A DNA stretch of 64,000 bases from NCBI GenBank assembly GCA_030390025.1, contig CM059438.1, positions 53,012,001-53,076,000 on the forward strand, in the 5' to 3' direction. Position 1 is the first letter of the stretch; the number at the start of each line of letters is the position of its first letter. This DNA comes from Squalus acanthias. Taxonomy: Eukaryota. The notes below the pieces were generated by a model, which saw nothing but the letters and a program-made list of their open reading frames with translations, made no database searches and was not told the origin of the DNA. Positions 36,777 through 48,846 of this stretch are shown here, one piece after another. The translations under genes and the position numbers were made by a program.

Positions 36777-37957
36777 CTAAGTGAACCTTGCATTAATAAG
36801 AGCATTCCAGGCAGCAATGTGAGCAGCTGGGGGTGCATTGCCTTCATCACCCTCCCCCTCCTCTTCTTCCTCCACCACCTCAGAATTGTCTAAGGAGAAT
36901 CTGAGCTCTTCGGCTTGTTCCTCCTGCTGGTCCAAGCCATGCTGCTGTGCAATGTTGTGCAGAGCGCAGCAAGCCATGACCATTCTGGAGGCCCTGGCTG
37001 GTTCGTACTGAAGAGTTCCTACAGATCTGTCTCGGCACCTGAAGCGCATCTTCAGCATGCCGATGGTCTGTTCAATTACACATCTGGTGGTGATATGGCA
37101 TTCATAGTAGCGCTGTGGGCTTCAGTGTTGGGTTTCTGACAGGTGTCATGAGCAAAGTTTGAAGTGGGTATCCCTTGTCACCTAGCAGCCACCCCTTAAG
37201 TCTGCTTCCAGGTCCGAAGATGTCAGGGACCTTGCATTGCCGCAGGACGAAAGTAATCATGACAGCTGCCCGAGAATCTTGCGCACACCTGCATAAAGAT
37301 TTTTTTTTGGTTGCACACCAGCTGCACATTGATGGAGTGGAAGCCCTTGCGGTTGATGAATACTCCTGGTTGTTCTGAGGGGTGCACAGATTTCCACGTG
37401 TGTGCAGTCGATGACGCCCTGCACCTGTAGGAAATCAGCCATAGCTGCAGACCCAAGTGCTCGCTCATTCTGACTGGGATCATCACAGGCAACCCTGCCA
37501 TAATTGCCGGCAAACAAGCCATCAGTCACCTGTTTTATGCATTCGTGGGCCGGTGACTGGGAGACTCTGGATGTCTGCAGTAGAGCCCTGGAAGGATCCG
37601 AAGGCAAAAAAGTTGAGGGCGGTGGTGGCATTGACAGCCACTGGTCATACGTGGCCATCAGGTCCAGCAGGGAGCAGATCATCTTCTAGAAAGCTGCAGA
37701 TGTCTGCCACCACCTGATGTGACAATCCTGAGCCTCCTGAGACACTGCTGTTCAGACATGTCAAGGAAACTCAGCCTCTGCCTGTACAACCCGTTTTGTG
37801 GGTAGTGCCTCCTGTGAGCTGCACCTCCCTGTTGGACCCCTCTCTGCTGGTTCCATCTCTGGTGTGCAGCTACAGTTCTGTGACAAGCAGGCTGCTGATA
37901 CTGGTCATGTTGCTCCTCATCTGAGGTTCAATCTAAGGCAAGATAAGCAGTACCCAT
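36777..37957 (-). pseudogene. Full-span Harbinger transposase with frameshifts
   Basis: Motifs [46 protein letters not shown] and CCALHN across several frames. Confidence 0.92.
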
Positions 37958-38439
37958 CCTGATGTGATCGAACAAACCTCCAAAGTGTTGAAGAAACTTC
38001 CTAAGTGTAGACAGTAAATTTCCAGCAAAAGTACTGTGAACAAACCCTTTCCCACTAGCTGGTAAGAAAGCAGCTGTGGGTACTGAATATTTATTGCAGT
38101 ATTGCATGAGTTTGATTCAGCCCCCTCAATTGTCGTTGTGTTCTCGCCTTGCTTTCACTGGCGAGTTTCAGGAAGCCCTGGAAGCCCATGGATGCATCAT
38201 TAAAGTCAAAAATCTGTGTCAATATCACTCTAATTGAGCGATTAACATATGTTAGTTGGTAACCTGGCTCTTTCAAGGGGGTTGCACATGTAGCCTAACG
38301 CACTGGACTGAAACCTGGAAGTTGGCGGGTTGGAACTGGCTTCCCAATGCATTGTAAATTTCCACGGTTTTGACCCCCCCACCCGCACCCAAAACCATGT
38401 GCTCCACCATGTTAAAATTCATCCCATGTTGTACGAACT

Positions 38440-41055
38440 AACAAATTTGGATTTACACAGCACCTTTCACATCTTCAGAACATAGCAAAGCACTTCACAG
38501 CCAGGGAATTACTTTTGAAGTGTAGTAACTGTTATGTAGGCAAACACAGTGCAAGCAGCCGAGGAGGAGCGGACTTAGCCGGGAACTGGAGCAGAGAGGA
38601 AAAAAATCCAGGAGTCCAAAAAAACAAGGTGTGACGTCACAGGACAGCAGGTAGGTGATTGGTTGGTGAGTATTAAGGGTTTATTTCTCTCTAACCTAGG
38701 ACAGTGGTTTAAACTAGGAGTGGGAAACTACAGAGTACTGTATTAAATTTATAACTTAACTAGTTAAACTAATTAATAGAACTACAAATAATTGCTGATT
38801 AAAGACTTTAATTAAAAAATAAAATAACTAGTCTTATTTGGGAGGAGGCAATGGAACTGGGCAAGACCAGCTCAGTCCCATGGAGTGCACATCCTGTGCC
38901 ATGTGGGAAGTCCTGGATGCTTCGCATAGCCTGGACAACCACATGTGCAGGAAGTGTCGCCAGCTACAGCAACTCGAACTTAGCTGGAGTCACTGCGGTG
39001 CATCCGCGAGGCTGAGAGCTATGTGGATAGCACGTTTCAGGAGGTGGTCACTCCCCAGCTAAGGAGTGTGCAGGCAGAGAGGGATGGGTGACCGCCAGAC
39101 AGAAGAGGACCACCAGGCAGGTAGTGCAGGTGTCCCCGGAGTGCATCACGCTCTCCAACCAGTATTCTGTTCTGAGTACTGGTGAGGGCGATGGTTCCTC
39201 TGGGGAGTGCAGCTAGATTCAAGTCCACGGCACCACGGGTGGCTCAGCTGCATGCCGGGGGGCGGGGGGGGGGGAGGAAAAAGAGTGGAAGAGCAATAGT
39301 CGTAGGGGATTCGATAGTTAGGGGAGCAGACAGACGTTTCTGCGGCCGTAGACGCGACTCCAGGATGGTATGTTGCCTCTCTGGTGCCAGGGTCAAGGAT
39401 GTCACTGAGCGGCTGCAGGACACTCTGAGGGTGAAGGGTGAACAGCCAGAGGTCGTTGTCCATATCGGTACCAACGACATAGGCAGAGTTTAGGGAGCTA
39501 TGAGAGAGATTAAAAAGCAGGACCTCAAAGGTAGTAATCTCCGGATTACTGCCAGTGCCACGTGCTAGTTGAGGAGTAAAAAGGGTATGATCACGCTATT
39601 GGGGGTATTCTATAGGCCTCCAAATAGTGAGAGGGAGGTAGAGGAGCAAATCTGCAGGGAAATCGCAGAGATATGCAAGAGCTATAGTGTGGTGATATTG
39701 GGGGACTTTAATTACCCAAATATCAATTGGGATAATGCTAGGGTAAAGGGAAAGGAGGGGGCGGAATTTCTGAAATGTGTTCAGGAGAATTTCCTTGACC
39801 AGTATGTTCTTGGCCCAACTAGGAAGGAGGCATTGCTGGATCTGGTGCTGGGGAATGAGGTGGGCCAGATCGACCAAGTGTCTCTGGGAGAACACTTGGG
39901 TACGAGTGATCATCGTATCATAAGATTTAGATTAGCAATGGAGAGGAGCAAGGAACAATCTAGAGTGGAACTTCTAAACTGGAATAGGGCCAACTTCAAT
40001 GGGATGCAAAAGGATCTAGCCAGGGTAAAATGGAACCAAAGACTGACAGGAAAAACTGTAATGGAACAATGGGTGATCTTTAAGGAGGAGATGTTCCAAG
40101 TACAGGCTAGGTACATTCCAACAAGAGGGCAGGGTAAGGGAACCAAAGCAAGGGCTCCTTGGATGACGAGGGAGATAGAGAAGATGATGAAACAAAAAAA
40201 GAGGGCATATGATGCATGTCAGGTGTATTCTTCAAGGGAGAACCAGACCAAATACAATAAGTTGAGAGGGGATGTGAAGATGAAAATAAGATTGGCAAAG
40301 AGATAATATGAGAGTAGAATGGCGGTTAACATAAAAGGGATCTTAGCTACAAGGACAGGTTGGAGAAGCTGGATTTGTTTTCATTAGAACAAAGGATGTT
40401 GAGGGGTGATTTGATAGAGGTGTACAAGATTATGACGGGTTTGGATAGGCTAGACGGGGAAAGGCTGTTCCCACTAGTTGATGGTACAAGGACTAAGGTT
40501 TTGGGCACGAGATACAGGGGGGATGTGAGGAAAAACTTTTTTATGCAGCAAGTGGTGATGACCTGGAATTCGCTGCCGACGGAAGTGGTGGAAGCGGAGA
40601 CACTCAATGTTTTCAAGGGAAGACTGGATAGGCACTTGAGGGAAATAAACTTGCAGGGCTACGAGGATAGAACGGGGGAATGAGACTGACTGGATTGCTC
40701 TACAGAGAACCGGCACAAACTTGATGGGCCGAATGGCCTCCTTCTGTGCCGTTATGACTCTGACAGCAACCAATTTGCGCACAGCACGTCCCACAAACAG
40801 CATTGAAATAAGTGACCAGTTAATCTGCTTTTGTTGGCATTGGTTGAGGGATAAATCTTGGCCAGAACACCAGGAGAACTCCCCAGTTCTTCTTCAAATA
40901 GGGTCATGGGATTATTTGCATCCACCTGAACAAGGAGATGAAACTTTAGTTTAATATCTCATCCAAAAAGCAGCAGCTCATACAGTGCAGCATACCCTCC
41001 TACATTTTGTGCTTAAGTACTTGGGTGGGTCTTGAACCAACAACCTTCTGACCTA
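38440..41055 (-). mobile_element. Deu-type tRNA-SINE split by CR1 insertion (38440-38549 and 40762-41055)
   Basis: SINE tail and central domain are continuous across the CR1, with ACAG duplicated at the junctions. Family assignment is from recall. Confidence 0.65.
38550..40761 (+). mobile_element. CR1 LINE with intact ends but two large internal deletions
   Basis: 5' UTR, ORF1 (CTSCAMW...CRKC; GDSIVRG; HIGTND), a jump into APE at about 39568, and a jump to the C-terminus/tail at about 40345. RT is absent. Confidence 0.88.
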
Positions 41056-41939
41056 GCTGTAAACCGATTTCGGACGTCCTGAGGTCATGAAAGGCAGTAT
41101 ATAAATGCAAGTTCTTTCTTTCTTTAGAAAAAATGATACCATTAAGCCAAGGGTTCTATAAACATCAGAAAGCACATTAAGGTAAGAGAAAAAGTGTGTA
41201 CCTTATTCCTAATTTTAGCTCATTTTAGAAAAACCACACATTGAATTTAAAAATAGAAACAATCTAATTGCTGACTGCTGGGAAAAAGAGATAGACAGAG
41301 ATAGAGACATACACAGTAAGTTGAATTTTGAAAGCAAGTAAAGCAGTTTTGAGGTAAACAGATAGCAATGAAGGATAGGAGGGGAAGAGGGAAACAGATT
41401 GAGGGTGAGAGGGCTAGTAACCTATCACCATTCACCATTGGGGGGAGTGAATGGAAGTAAAGGCGGAGTGCTTAGAGCATTAAAATCAGATGAATGGCAG
41501 AGAAGCAATGGAGAGGGGAAGTTACAAGGGTTGAGTGGCTAGCTTGAAGAAACAAGTAGGGGTAGTGATGGGAGCAAGTCGGGGTAGAAATTGGAATTAG
41601 GGTTGGTAAGAAGTGAAAGGGGTGGTGGGAAAGGGAAGGGGGCACGATGGGAGCAAGGAAATGGAGGAAGCATGAATGATGGGGGTGTGACGAGAAGGGT
41701 GCTGCAGATGGACCTATTTTCTGTGCAACACCTGTGTAGCAAATGCAGCCAGAATCCGTTGGCAACTCCTTTCCATGCCACTACCAACTCCTAGCCAAAA
41801 ATAAAGAAAAAGATAGAGAGAAAAAGAGAGAAGAAAAAGAGAGTTTGGGAGAGAGAAGCAGAAAGACAGAGACAAAAGCAAAAGAGGAGAAATAGAGCGA
41901 AACAGAAACAGAAAAGCAATAGACCGGTAAGAAACAAAG

Positions 41940-42160
41940 AAACAACTTGCAATTATATAGCACCTTTCACAATGCATCAAAATCTGTGAAGGTACATTAA
42001 CATCTCATCTGAAAGACTGCACCTCAGACAATGCAGCACTCCCTCAATACTGTACTTAAGTGTCAGCCTACATAATGCGCTCGAGTCTTAGCAGTGGGGC
42101 TTGAAATCACCACCTTCTGACTCAGAGGCGAAGATGTGATCACTGATCCAAGATGACACC
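41940..42160 (-). mobile_element. Deu-type tRNA-SINE fragment
   Basis: Similar to 40960-41055, with a tRNA-like head near 42100-42160. Confidence 0.6.
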
Positions 42161-42204
42161 CTTCTCTCACTTACTGTGCAACATCACAAGAGATCCCTGT
42201 GTAT

Positions 42205-42620
42205 AGCAGTGTAGCGGTTATGTTATTGAACTAATAATGCAGAGGCTTGAACTAATAATTTCGAGAACGTAAATTCAAATCTCACCATGGCAGTTTGAGA
42301 ATTTGAATTCAGTTTAGAAAAATCTGGAAATGAAAAACTGGCTTCAGTAAAAGTGAACATGAAGCTGTTGGATTATCGTAAAAATCCAACTGGTTCACTA
42401 ATGTCCTTTAGGGAAGAAAACCTTACTTGGTCTGGCCTATATGTGACTCCAATCTCACATCAACGTGGTTGACTCTTAACTGGCCTAGCAAGTCACTCAG
42501 CTGACCTCACGGGCTGCAGTGGTTTAAGAAAATGGCCCACCACTACCTTCTCAGGGCAAGAAAGGATGAGCATAAATGCCGGTCATACCAGCGACGCTGA
42601 CATTCCAAGATTGAATTTTT
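42205..42620 (+). mobile_element. tRNA-derived SINE (second family)
   Basis: Degenerate A/B boxes (TAGCGGTTA..., TTCAAATC), body GGTTCACTAATGTCCTTTAGGGAAG and a LINE-type tail. Confidence 0.7.
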
Positions 42621-43544
42621 TAAAATCCACTAGTGTTCAATTAATTTGAGACACTAGACTCTTCCACAATCCCACCCAATAGCAGAGAGGATCGAAGCAA
42701 AATATGAGGGGAAATTTGGGCGATGAGACCTAAAGCTGCCGCAGTGCCCTGATCAGGATTTCTCTCCTTGTTCCAATTCGGACAAACTCTGGCCACTCCT
42801 TTCCCACCCGTCATATGCAAATAGCAGCAGGGGCAAGGCACAGGTCTCTAATGGATTTCTTTCCTGTTGACCCAACTTTACCATCACTTCCCAGGGCCGT
42901 CATTTGGTAGGCCTGGGAAAGCTGCAGAAAAGGCCCCGAGGTACTCCAATGAAGAGAAAGCCTTGTAGTGCCCCTTTTCCCTCCAATCTGGGCCCTGCTG
43001 GAGGCCTTGGTCTCGATGGAGGACTTCAATGAGAGTTTTGATGATGTCTTCGGGGTATGTTTGCCCCTTTAAGGTTCCTCGCCACCTGTTTTAGCATTCT
43101 GCTGAAGAACAGTCAGGTTTTTCCTTTTCAAACTGGTGAGCTCCCTCTTGGCAGTGTGAATCCTGCTAAGAGCCTACCACGCATTGAAAATGACCCTCAA
43201 CCCAGGGAAATGGGTTGGAGTTGGAATGGATTTGGAGGGACTGGCAGAAGTTCTGACCTGCCAGAACTCTGAACCAAACGGGAGAAAATGGAGGTAATTT
43301 TGACTTTAGGCAATAGTGTAAAATGGGGGATATCGGATCAGCTGCCCATTATACATCTCTCCCAACGAGTGTTGACGATAGTGGAGAAGGTGCGAAAGCT
43401 GTTTGGACTAACTTTTTGGTAAATCAGGACAGGGTAGTTTCTAATAGGGGCAGCTCAAGCATTAGTGAAATGTATCTTTTATTAGTGCCTGGTGAATCAC
43501 TCCCCCAGGCTGCATTCGTCATTCAGATTCTACATAGAATCCCA

Positions 43545-44034
43545 GGCCTAGAAATTGCATCATGCAGCACCTGTTTTGCAAGCAATGCGCGGACACCTAA
43601 GGCCCCCAAATAACGGATAGGAAGTGTGTGGCCCGCCATATTGGGCAAGGACAAACAAGAGGTGTCCTTTATCCACATCTGGAGCAGACATTAGATCCTT
43701 TGCATATGCTGGCCCCGCAATGCCCAGCACTCCGATCTCCCTCCCCAGGACCCCTGATTTCAGGTCTCGTGATGCAATCCCGACCTTGCGTTGTATAGCC
43801 GTCCAATCCCCAACCCGACCCCTGGACTCACCTACCTGAGGGCCACTGCGGTGCTACCAGTGGCCCAATTTTTCTCTACTCTTTGCTGGCAGGCTGTTGC
43901 GCCACACTGGCTTCATTATAATTTGGTCTGAGGCCCAATATCAGGGGCATCTCAGACCTCACCATTTCGGCGCAGGGATTGTTCTCTGCAGCACCCCGCA
44001 CTCCCAAAAATGGGCATGCCCGAATTTCTAGGCC
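43545..44034 (+). mobile_element. Harbinger-type MITE
   Basis: Perfect TIRs GGCCTAGAAATT / AATTTCTAGGCC. Confidence 0.85.
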
Positions 44035-44035
44035 C

Positions 44036-45230
44036 AAGAATCAGATAGTACAGAAGGAGACCATTCAGCCCATTGTGCCTGTGCCAGTTCTTTGAAAGAG
44101 CTATCCAATTAGTCCCACTGCCTTGCTCTTTTCAAGTATGTGTCCCATTCCTTTTTGAAAGTTACTATTGAATCTGCTTCCACCACACTTTCAGGCAGTG
44201 CATTCCAGATCAACAACTCGCTGCGTAAAATAAATTCTCCTCATCTCCCCTCTGGTTCTTTTGCCAATTATCTTAAATCTGATACCGACCCTCCCACCAG
44301 CGGAAACAGTTTTTATTTACTCTATCAAAACCACTCATAATCTTGAACACCTCTATTAGATTTCCCCTTAACCTTCTCTGCTGTAAGGAAAACACCACCA
44401 ACTTCTCTAGTCTCTCCAGATAAATGAAATCCCTCATCCCTGGTATCATTCCAGTAAATCTCCTCTCCACCCTCTTAAGGCCATAACATCGTTCCTAAAG
44501 TGTGGTGCCCAGCTCCAACTGAGGCCTAACTAATGATTTATAAAGGTTTAACACAACTTCCTTGCTTTTGTACTCTATGCCTCTATTTATGAAGCCCAGG
44601 ATCCTGTATTTTTTTTTTTAGCAGCATTATCAATTTGTCCCGCCACCTTCAAAGATTTGTGTATGTGAACCCCCAGGGCTCTTTGTCCCTGTTCCTCCCA
44701 AAATGAATCGCTTCACACATTTTTTGCATTATCTTTCATCTGCCATGTGCCTGTCCATTTCACCAGTCTCCCTGAATTTCACCATGTGCTCCTGAATCTG
44801 CTACTATCCTCCTCGCTGTTTACTACATTTCCAAGTTTTGTGTCATCTGCAAACTTTGAAAATCCAGGTCATTAATATGTAGAAAAAAGAGCAATGGTCC
44901 TAATACTGACCCCTGAGGGAACACCACTGTATACCTCCCTCCAGTCTGAAAAATAACCATTCACTACTACTTTTTGCTTTCTGTGTCTTAGCCAATTTTG
45001 TATCCATGCTGCCACTGATCCTTTAATCTTGTGGGCTCCAATTTTGCTAACAAGTCTATTATGTGGCACTTTATCTAACGCCTTTTGAAAGTCCACATAC
45101 ACATCAACCGCACTACCCTCATCAACCCTCTCCGTTACTTCATCAAAGAACTCAATCAAGTTTGTCAGACATGATTTGTCTTTAAAAAATCCTTGTTGGC
45201 TCTCATTTATTAACCCATGCTTCCTCATTT
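44036..45230 (-). mobile_element. Decayed CR1 RT/3' end
   Basis: SCLTNLIEFFDEVT and DFQKALDKVPH, plus tail. Confidence 0.9.
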
Positions 45231-45419
45231 TCACTGTTTTCTTCCTGCTCACTTTCCGCAACTGATGTCCTTCCATGATAAGCCCTCTTTGCAGAGAAAA
45301 ACTATGCAGCATGCAGCACATAAAAGTGATCTTGGAGGCTCTGGGGAGGTGCACATATAGAACTGGATAACACTACAAGATCGTGGAATCATAGCCACCG
45401 ATATAATCTTGGACGCACG

Positions 45420-46020
45420 TTCGGTGCAGGGGGGAGGAGTTCTGGATGGGAAACCCTGAAGTACGGGTTTCCTGAACATCCAGTAGGACATCTTTTAATT
45501 TCTTTCCCCAGCTTTCCCGCCCAATAGCCAGCCTCATCCATGATGGTCGGGGGGTGGGGGTGGGGTATCTGATCACGGCGGTGGGGGGGGGGGGGGGGGG
45601 GGGCGGTGGGGAGAGGGGGAGTAGATGGTGGTCGGGGGTGGGGGGAAGGTCTGATCATGGGGGTGGGAGTAGATCACAGGGAGGGGGGGAAGCAGACAGA
45701 TCGCGGGGGATGGGGATTTACAGGTAAGCTTGTTGGGCCTGGAGGAAACACTCCTGTTGCTACTGGCCCTGGGAAACCCAGTCAACTGTGGTTAAAAATA
45801 GAATCACTATTAAAATGGGGGCACAGAGCCTCCTTAAAAGGTTTCAACAACCGACCCACCCCCTGCAAGCGGATTGGTCGCCCCACCCCTTATCCCCCTC
45901 CTCTGTTAAAACAAGAAGTGGGCGGGTTCGAGGCAGGTTGGGTTCCTATTTTAGATTTTTAATTTTTTAACCTCCCACCCGAACCAAACCCACCCATATC
46001 TGCGGTTTAAAATGACCCCC
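45420..46020. mobile_element. MITE-like element with G-rich interior
   Basis: Ends TTAAAATGACCCCC. A related inverted partial copy lies at about 48895-49345. Confidence 0.6.
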
Positions 46021-46660
46021 ATAGAATATTACGGAAGGAGGCCATTCGACCCGTCGTGCCCGAGTCAGCTCTTTGTCCAATTTTAGTCCCACACCCCATA
46101 ACCCTGCAAATGAGTCTTCTTCAAGTACATGTCCAATTGCTTTTTGAAAGATCCTATGGAATCTGATTCCACCACCCTTTCAGGTAGTGCGTTCCAGATC
46201 TTAACATCCCTCTTTGTGAAGAAATTTCTCCTAATTTTCTCTCTAGTTCTTTTGCCAATTATTTTAAATCTGTGACCTCTGGTTACTGACCTGCTTGCCA
46301 GAGGAAACAGTTTCTCTTTACTTGCTCTATCAAAACCTCTCATAATTTTGAATACCTTTATTAATTCTCCCCTTAACCTTCTCTGCTCGAAGGAGAACAA
46401 TCCCAGCTTCTCCAATCTCTCCACATAACTGAAGTCCCTCATCTCTGGTATCATCCTGGTAAACCTCCTCCGTACCCCTCCAAGGCCTTGATGTCCTTCC
46501 TAAATTGTGATGCCCAGAATTGTATCCTACAATACTCCAGCGGAGGCCTAACTAGTGATTTGTAAAATTTTAGCATAATTTCCTTGTTTTTGTATTCAAT
46601 ACTCCTACTTTCAAAGCCAAGTATCCCATACGCTTTCTGAACCGCCTTATCAACTTTCCA
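46021..46660 (-). mobile_element. CR1 3' end
   Basis: RLEKLGLFSFEQRRLRG and RRNFF. Confidence 0.9.
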
Positions 46661-47000
46661 GTTGTTCCCAATGCTACCTTGGAAGGAAGCAAAAACATAA
46701 AAATTGATACTGATGGTGACTTTAAAGGACACTGGTGGTGCAGTCTGGATTACAGGTACTGTCTGGAGATTTTTCTGTAGGAGATGGCACAGCTCAGTCA
46801 TTACTTCTCCGATGGTATGACAGATAAGGGAGAATTTTGTAAGGTTCCTTCCCCAGCTTGGAGTCTCACTAGATGGGAGCTTGGGTTGGAAACTGAGCTC
46901 TAACATTACAGGACTAATTGTGCCACTCACACCCTATGCCAGGAACAGAGCCTCACAAAACTACCCTGTACTAATATTAAGGAAAAATAAATGCACTTAC

Positions 47001-47115
47001 CTGGACAACATAACCAGAGATGCATCTGAAATTTGGAGGTTGCAGAATTCCATCTATCAGGACTTCCCCAGACAGCCCTTTACGGTCCTTTCTTGCAGCC
47101 AGAACATCCAACAAT
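47001..47115 (-). CDS. abcg2: Internal 115-bp coding exon of an ABCG2-like ABC half-transporter (nucleotide-binding domain, just after Walker A up to the Q-loop)
   Basis: Acceptor ...TATTTATTTCAG and donor GTAAGTG. After 1 nt it translates LLDVLAARKDRKGLSGEVLIDGILQPPNFRCISGYVVQ, matching ABCG2 (LLDVLAARKDPSGLSGDVLINGAPRPANFKCNSGYVVQ). Length matches the 115-nt ABCG2 exon 4 as recalled. Confidence 0.93.
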
Positions 47116-47251
47116 CTGAAATAAATATTTTTAAAAATCTGTAACATTAACATTAAATGCCTATTCTATTTGAAAAATTTAATACAGACACAGCAATTAC
47201 TTTTTGCAGTCAGATTCTTATTCTTTAGTACAGAGTTTATCAATCTCCCAT

Positions 47252-48022
47252 CAGATTATTATCTGAACGGCAATAGATTGGGAAAAGGGGAAGTGCAACG
47301 AGATTTGGGAGTCCTTGTGCACCAGTCGCTGAAGGTAAGCATGCAGGTGCAGCAGGCGGTTAAGAAGGCAAATGGTATGTTGGCCTTCGTAGCGAGAGGA
47401 TTCGAGTACAGGAGCAAGGATGTCTTGCTGCAGTTGTACAAGGCCTTGGTGAGACCACACCTTGAGTATTGTGTGCAGTTTTGGTCGCATTATCTGAGGA
47501 AGGATGTTCTTGCCATGGAGGGAGTGCAGCGAAGATTCACCAGACTGATACCTGGGATGGCAGGCATGACGTATGAAGAGAGATTGGGTCGATTAGGCTT
47601 ATAGTCGCTAGAGTTTCGAAGAATGAGAGGGGATCTCATTGAAACTTATAAAATTCTAACAGGACTAGACAGACTAGATGCAGGAAGGATGTTCCCGATT
47701 GTGAGGGAGTCCAGAACCAGAGGTCACAGTCTAAGGATAAGGGGTAAGCCATTTAGGACTGAGATGAGGAGGAATTTCTTCACCCAGAGAGTGGTGAACC
47801 TGTGGAATTCTCTACCACAGAAGGCAGTAGAGGCCAATTCATTAAATATATTCAAGAAGGAGTTAGATATATTTCTTAAGGCTAAAGGGATCAAGGGATA
47901 TGGGGAGAAAGCAGGGACAGGGTACTGAATTTGGATGATCAGCCATGATCTCATTAAATGGCGGAGAAGGCTCGAGGGGGCGAATGGCCTACTCCTGCTC
48001 CTATCTTCTATGCTTCTATGCT
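47252..48022 (+). mobile_element. Young 5'-truncated CR1, same subfamily as 30650-31892
   Basis: Near-identical translation and 3' tail. Confidence 0.95.
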
Positions 48023-48630
48023 TAACCAGGTCACCTTTTTAATCCCTGAAGCTTTGTCAATGTTCCTGGGATAGAATATTCCAAATTTTAACAGGTTTCT
48101 GTGTATTCTACATAGAGAAATAACTGAAATGCATGCTGAAACCTGAGGCTAGATATTCTGGTTGGTGCAAACACTACAAAAACAAGTGAAAACTTTTTTC
48201 AGACAGAAAGGTAAAACTTGCAGCTGATGTTTTCACCTCGTCTTGACACGATTCCAAATTCTGGGAACAGAATCATTTAAATAATGAAGGTGAGCATCTG
48301 TGCTGATAACATTGCAGCAGAGGAAACAGCTAAACTAGGAGCCATACCTTGCCACTCTGACAGGGGGAGCTCTAGGCCTGGATCAGGCCGAAGTAAAAGA
48401 ATCAAGATTTTTTTTTAAATTTTGGAGCACAGTATGGTCTGTGGTCTTCTGGGATTGATTGCCACTCATCATTTCCTCAATGGAAACTACACCTGCTGTC
48501 AGCTGCACAACTTTGCCAGCCAAAGAGGCCTAACCATGGAAGAGGTGCATGAGGATGTCCATCCATAGTGACCCAGAGGATGTCATCACTGAAATATCAA
48601 CTGTTACAATTGAAAAATCGAAAGACCAAA

Positions 48631-48846
48631 GGGGATAAATTTGGGAGCGCCCAGTGTTAACAGCCTCAAATGGTTAGGTCCGAGGAAACCCGGATTTTGC
48701 CTGCTTCAGATGTGGGTAAAGGACGCCTCTTGTTTATCTTTTACTTCCTGTTGGAACTGTGCGCAAACATCTCGGACCCCATTTTCTATCCTTATGTGGC
48801 TACATAGCACCTACAAAACAGGCACCATGTGGCCCAGTTTAGCCCC
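48631..48846. mobile_element. Short Harbinger-type MITE
   Basis: Ends GGGGATAAATTTGGG and CCCAGTTTAGCCCC. Confidence 0.65.

Larger units (their letters stand above)
35140..38425. mobile_element. PIF/Harbinger element with convergent Myb (+) and transposase (-) genes
   Basis: Myb ORF at 35261-36271, transposase at 37957-36777, and TIR-like end GTTAAAATTCATCCC at 38425. Confidence 0.9.

Noticed and set aside
41128..41181. Apparent + strand exon (TTCTTTAG ... GTAAGA)
   Set aside because: All three frames contain a stop, and the pyrimidine tract is a SINE tail.
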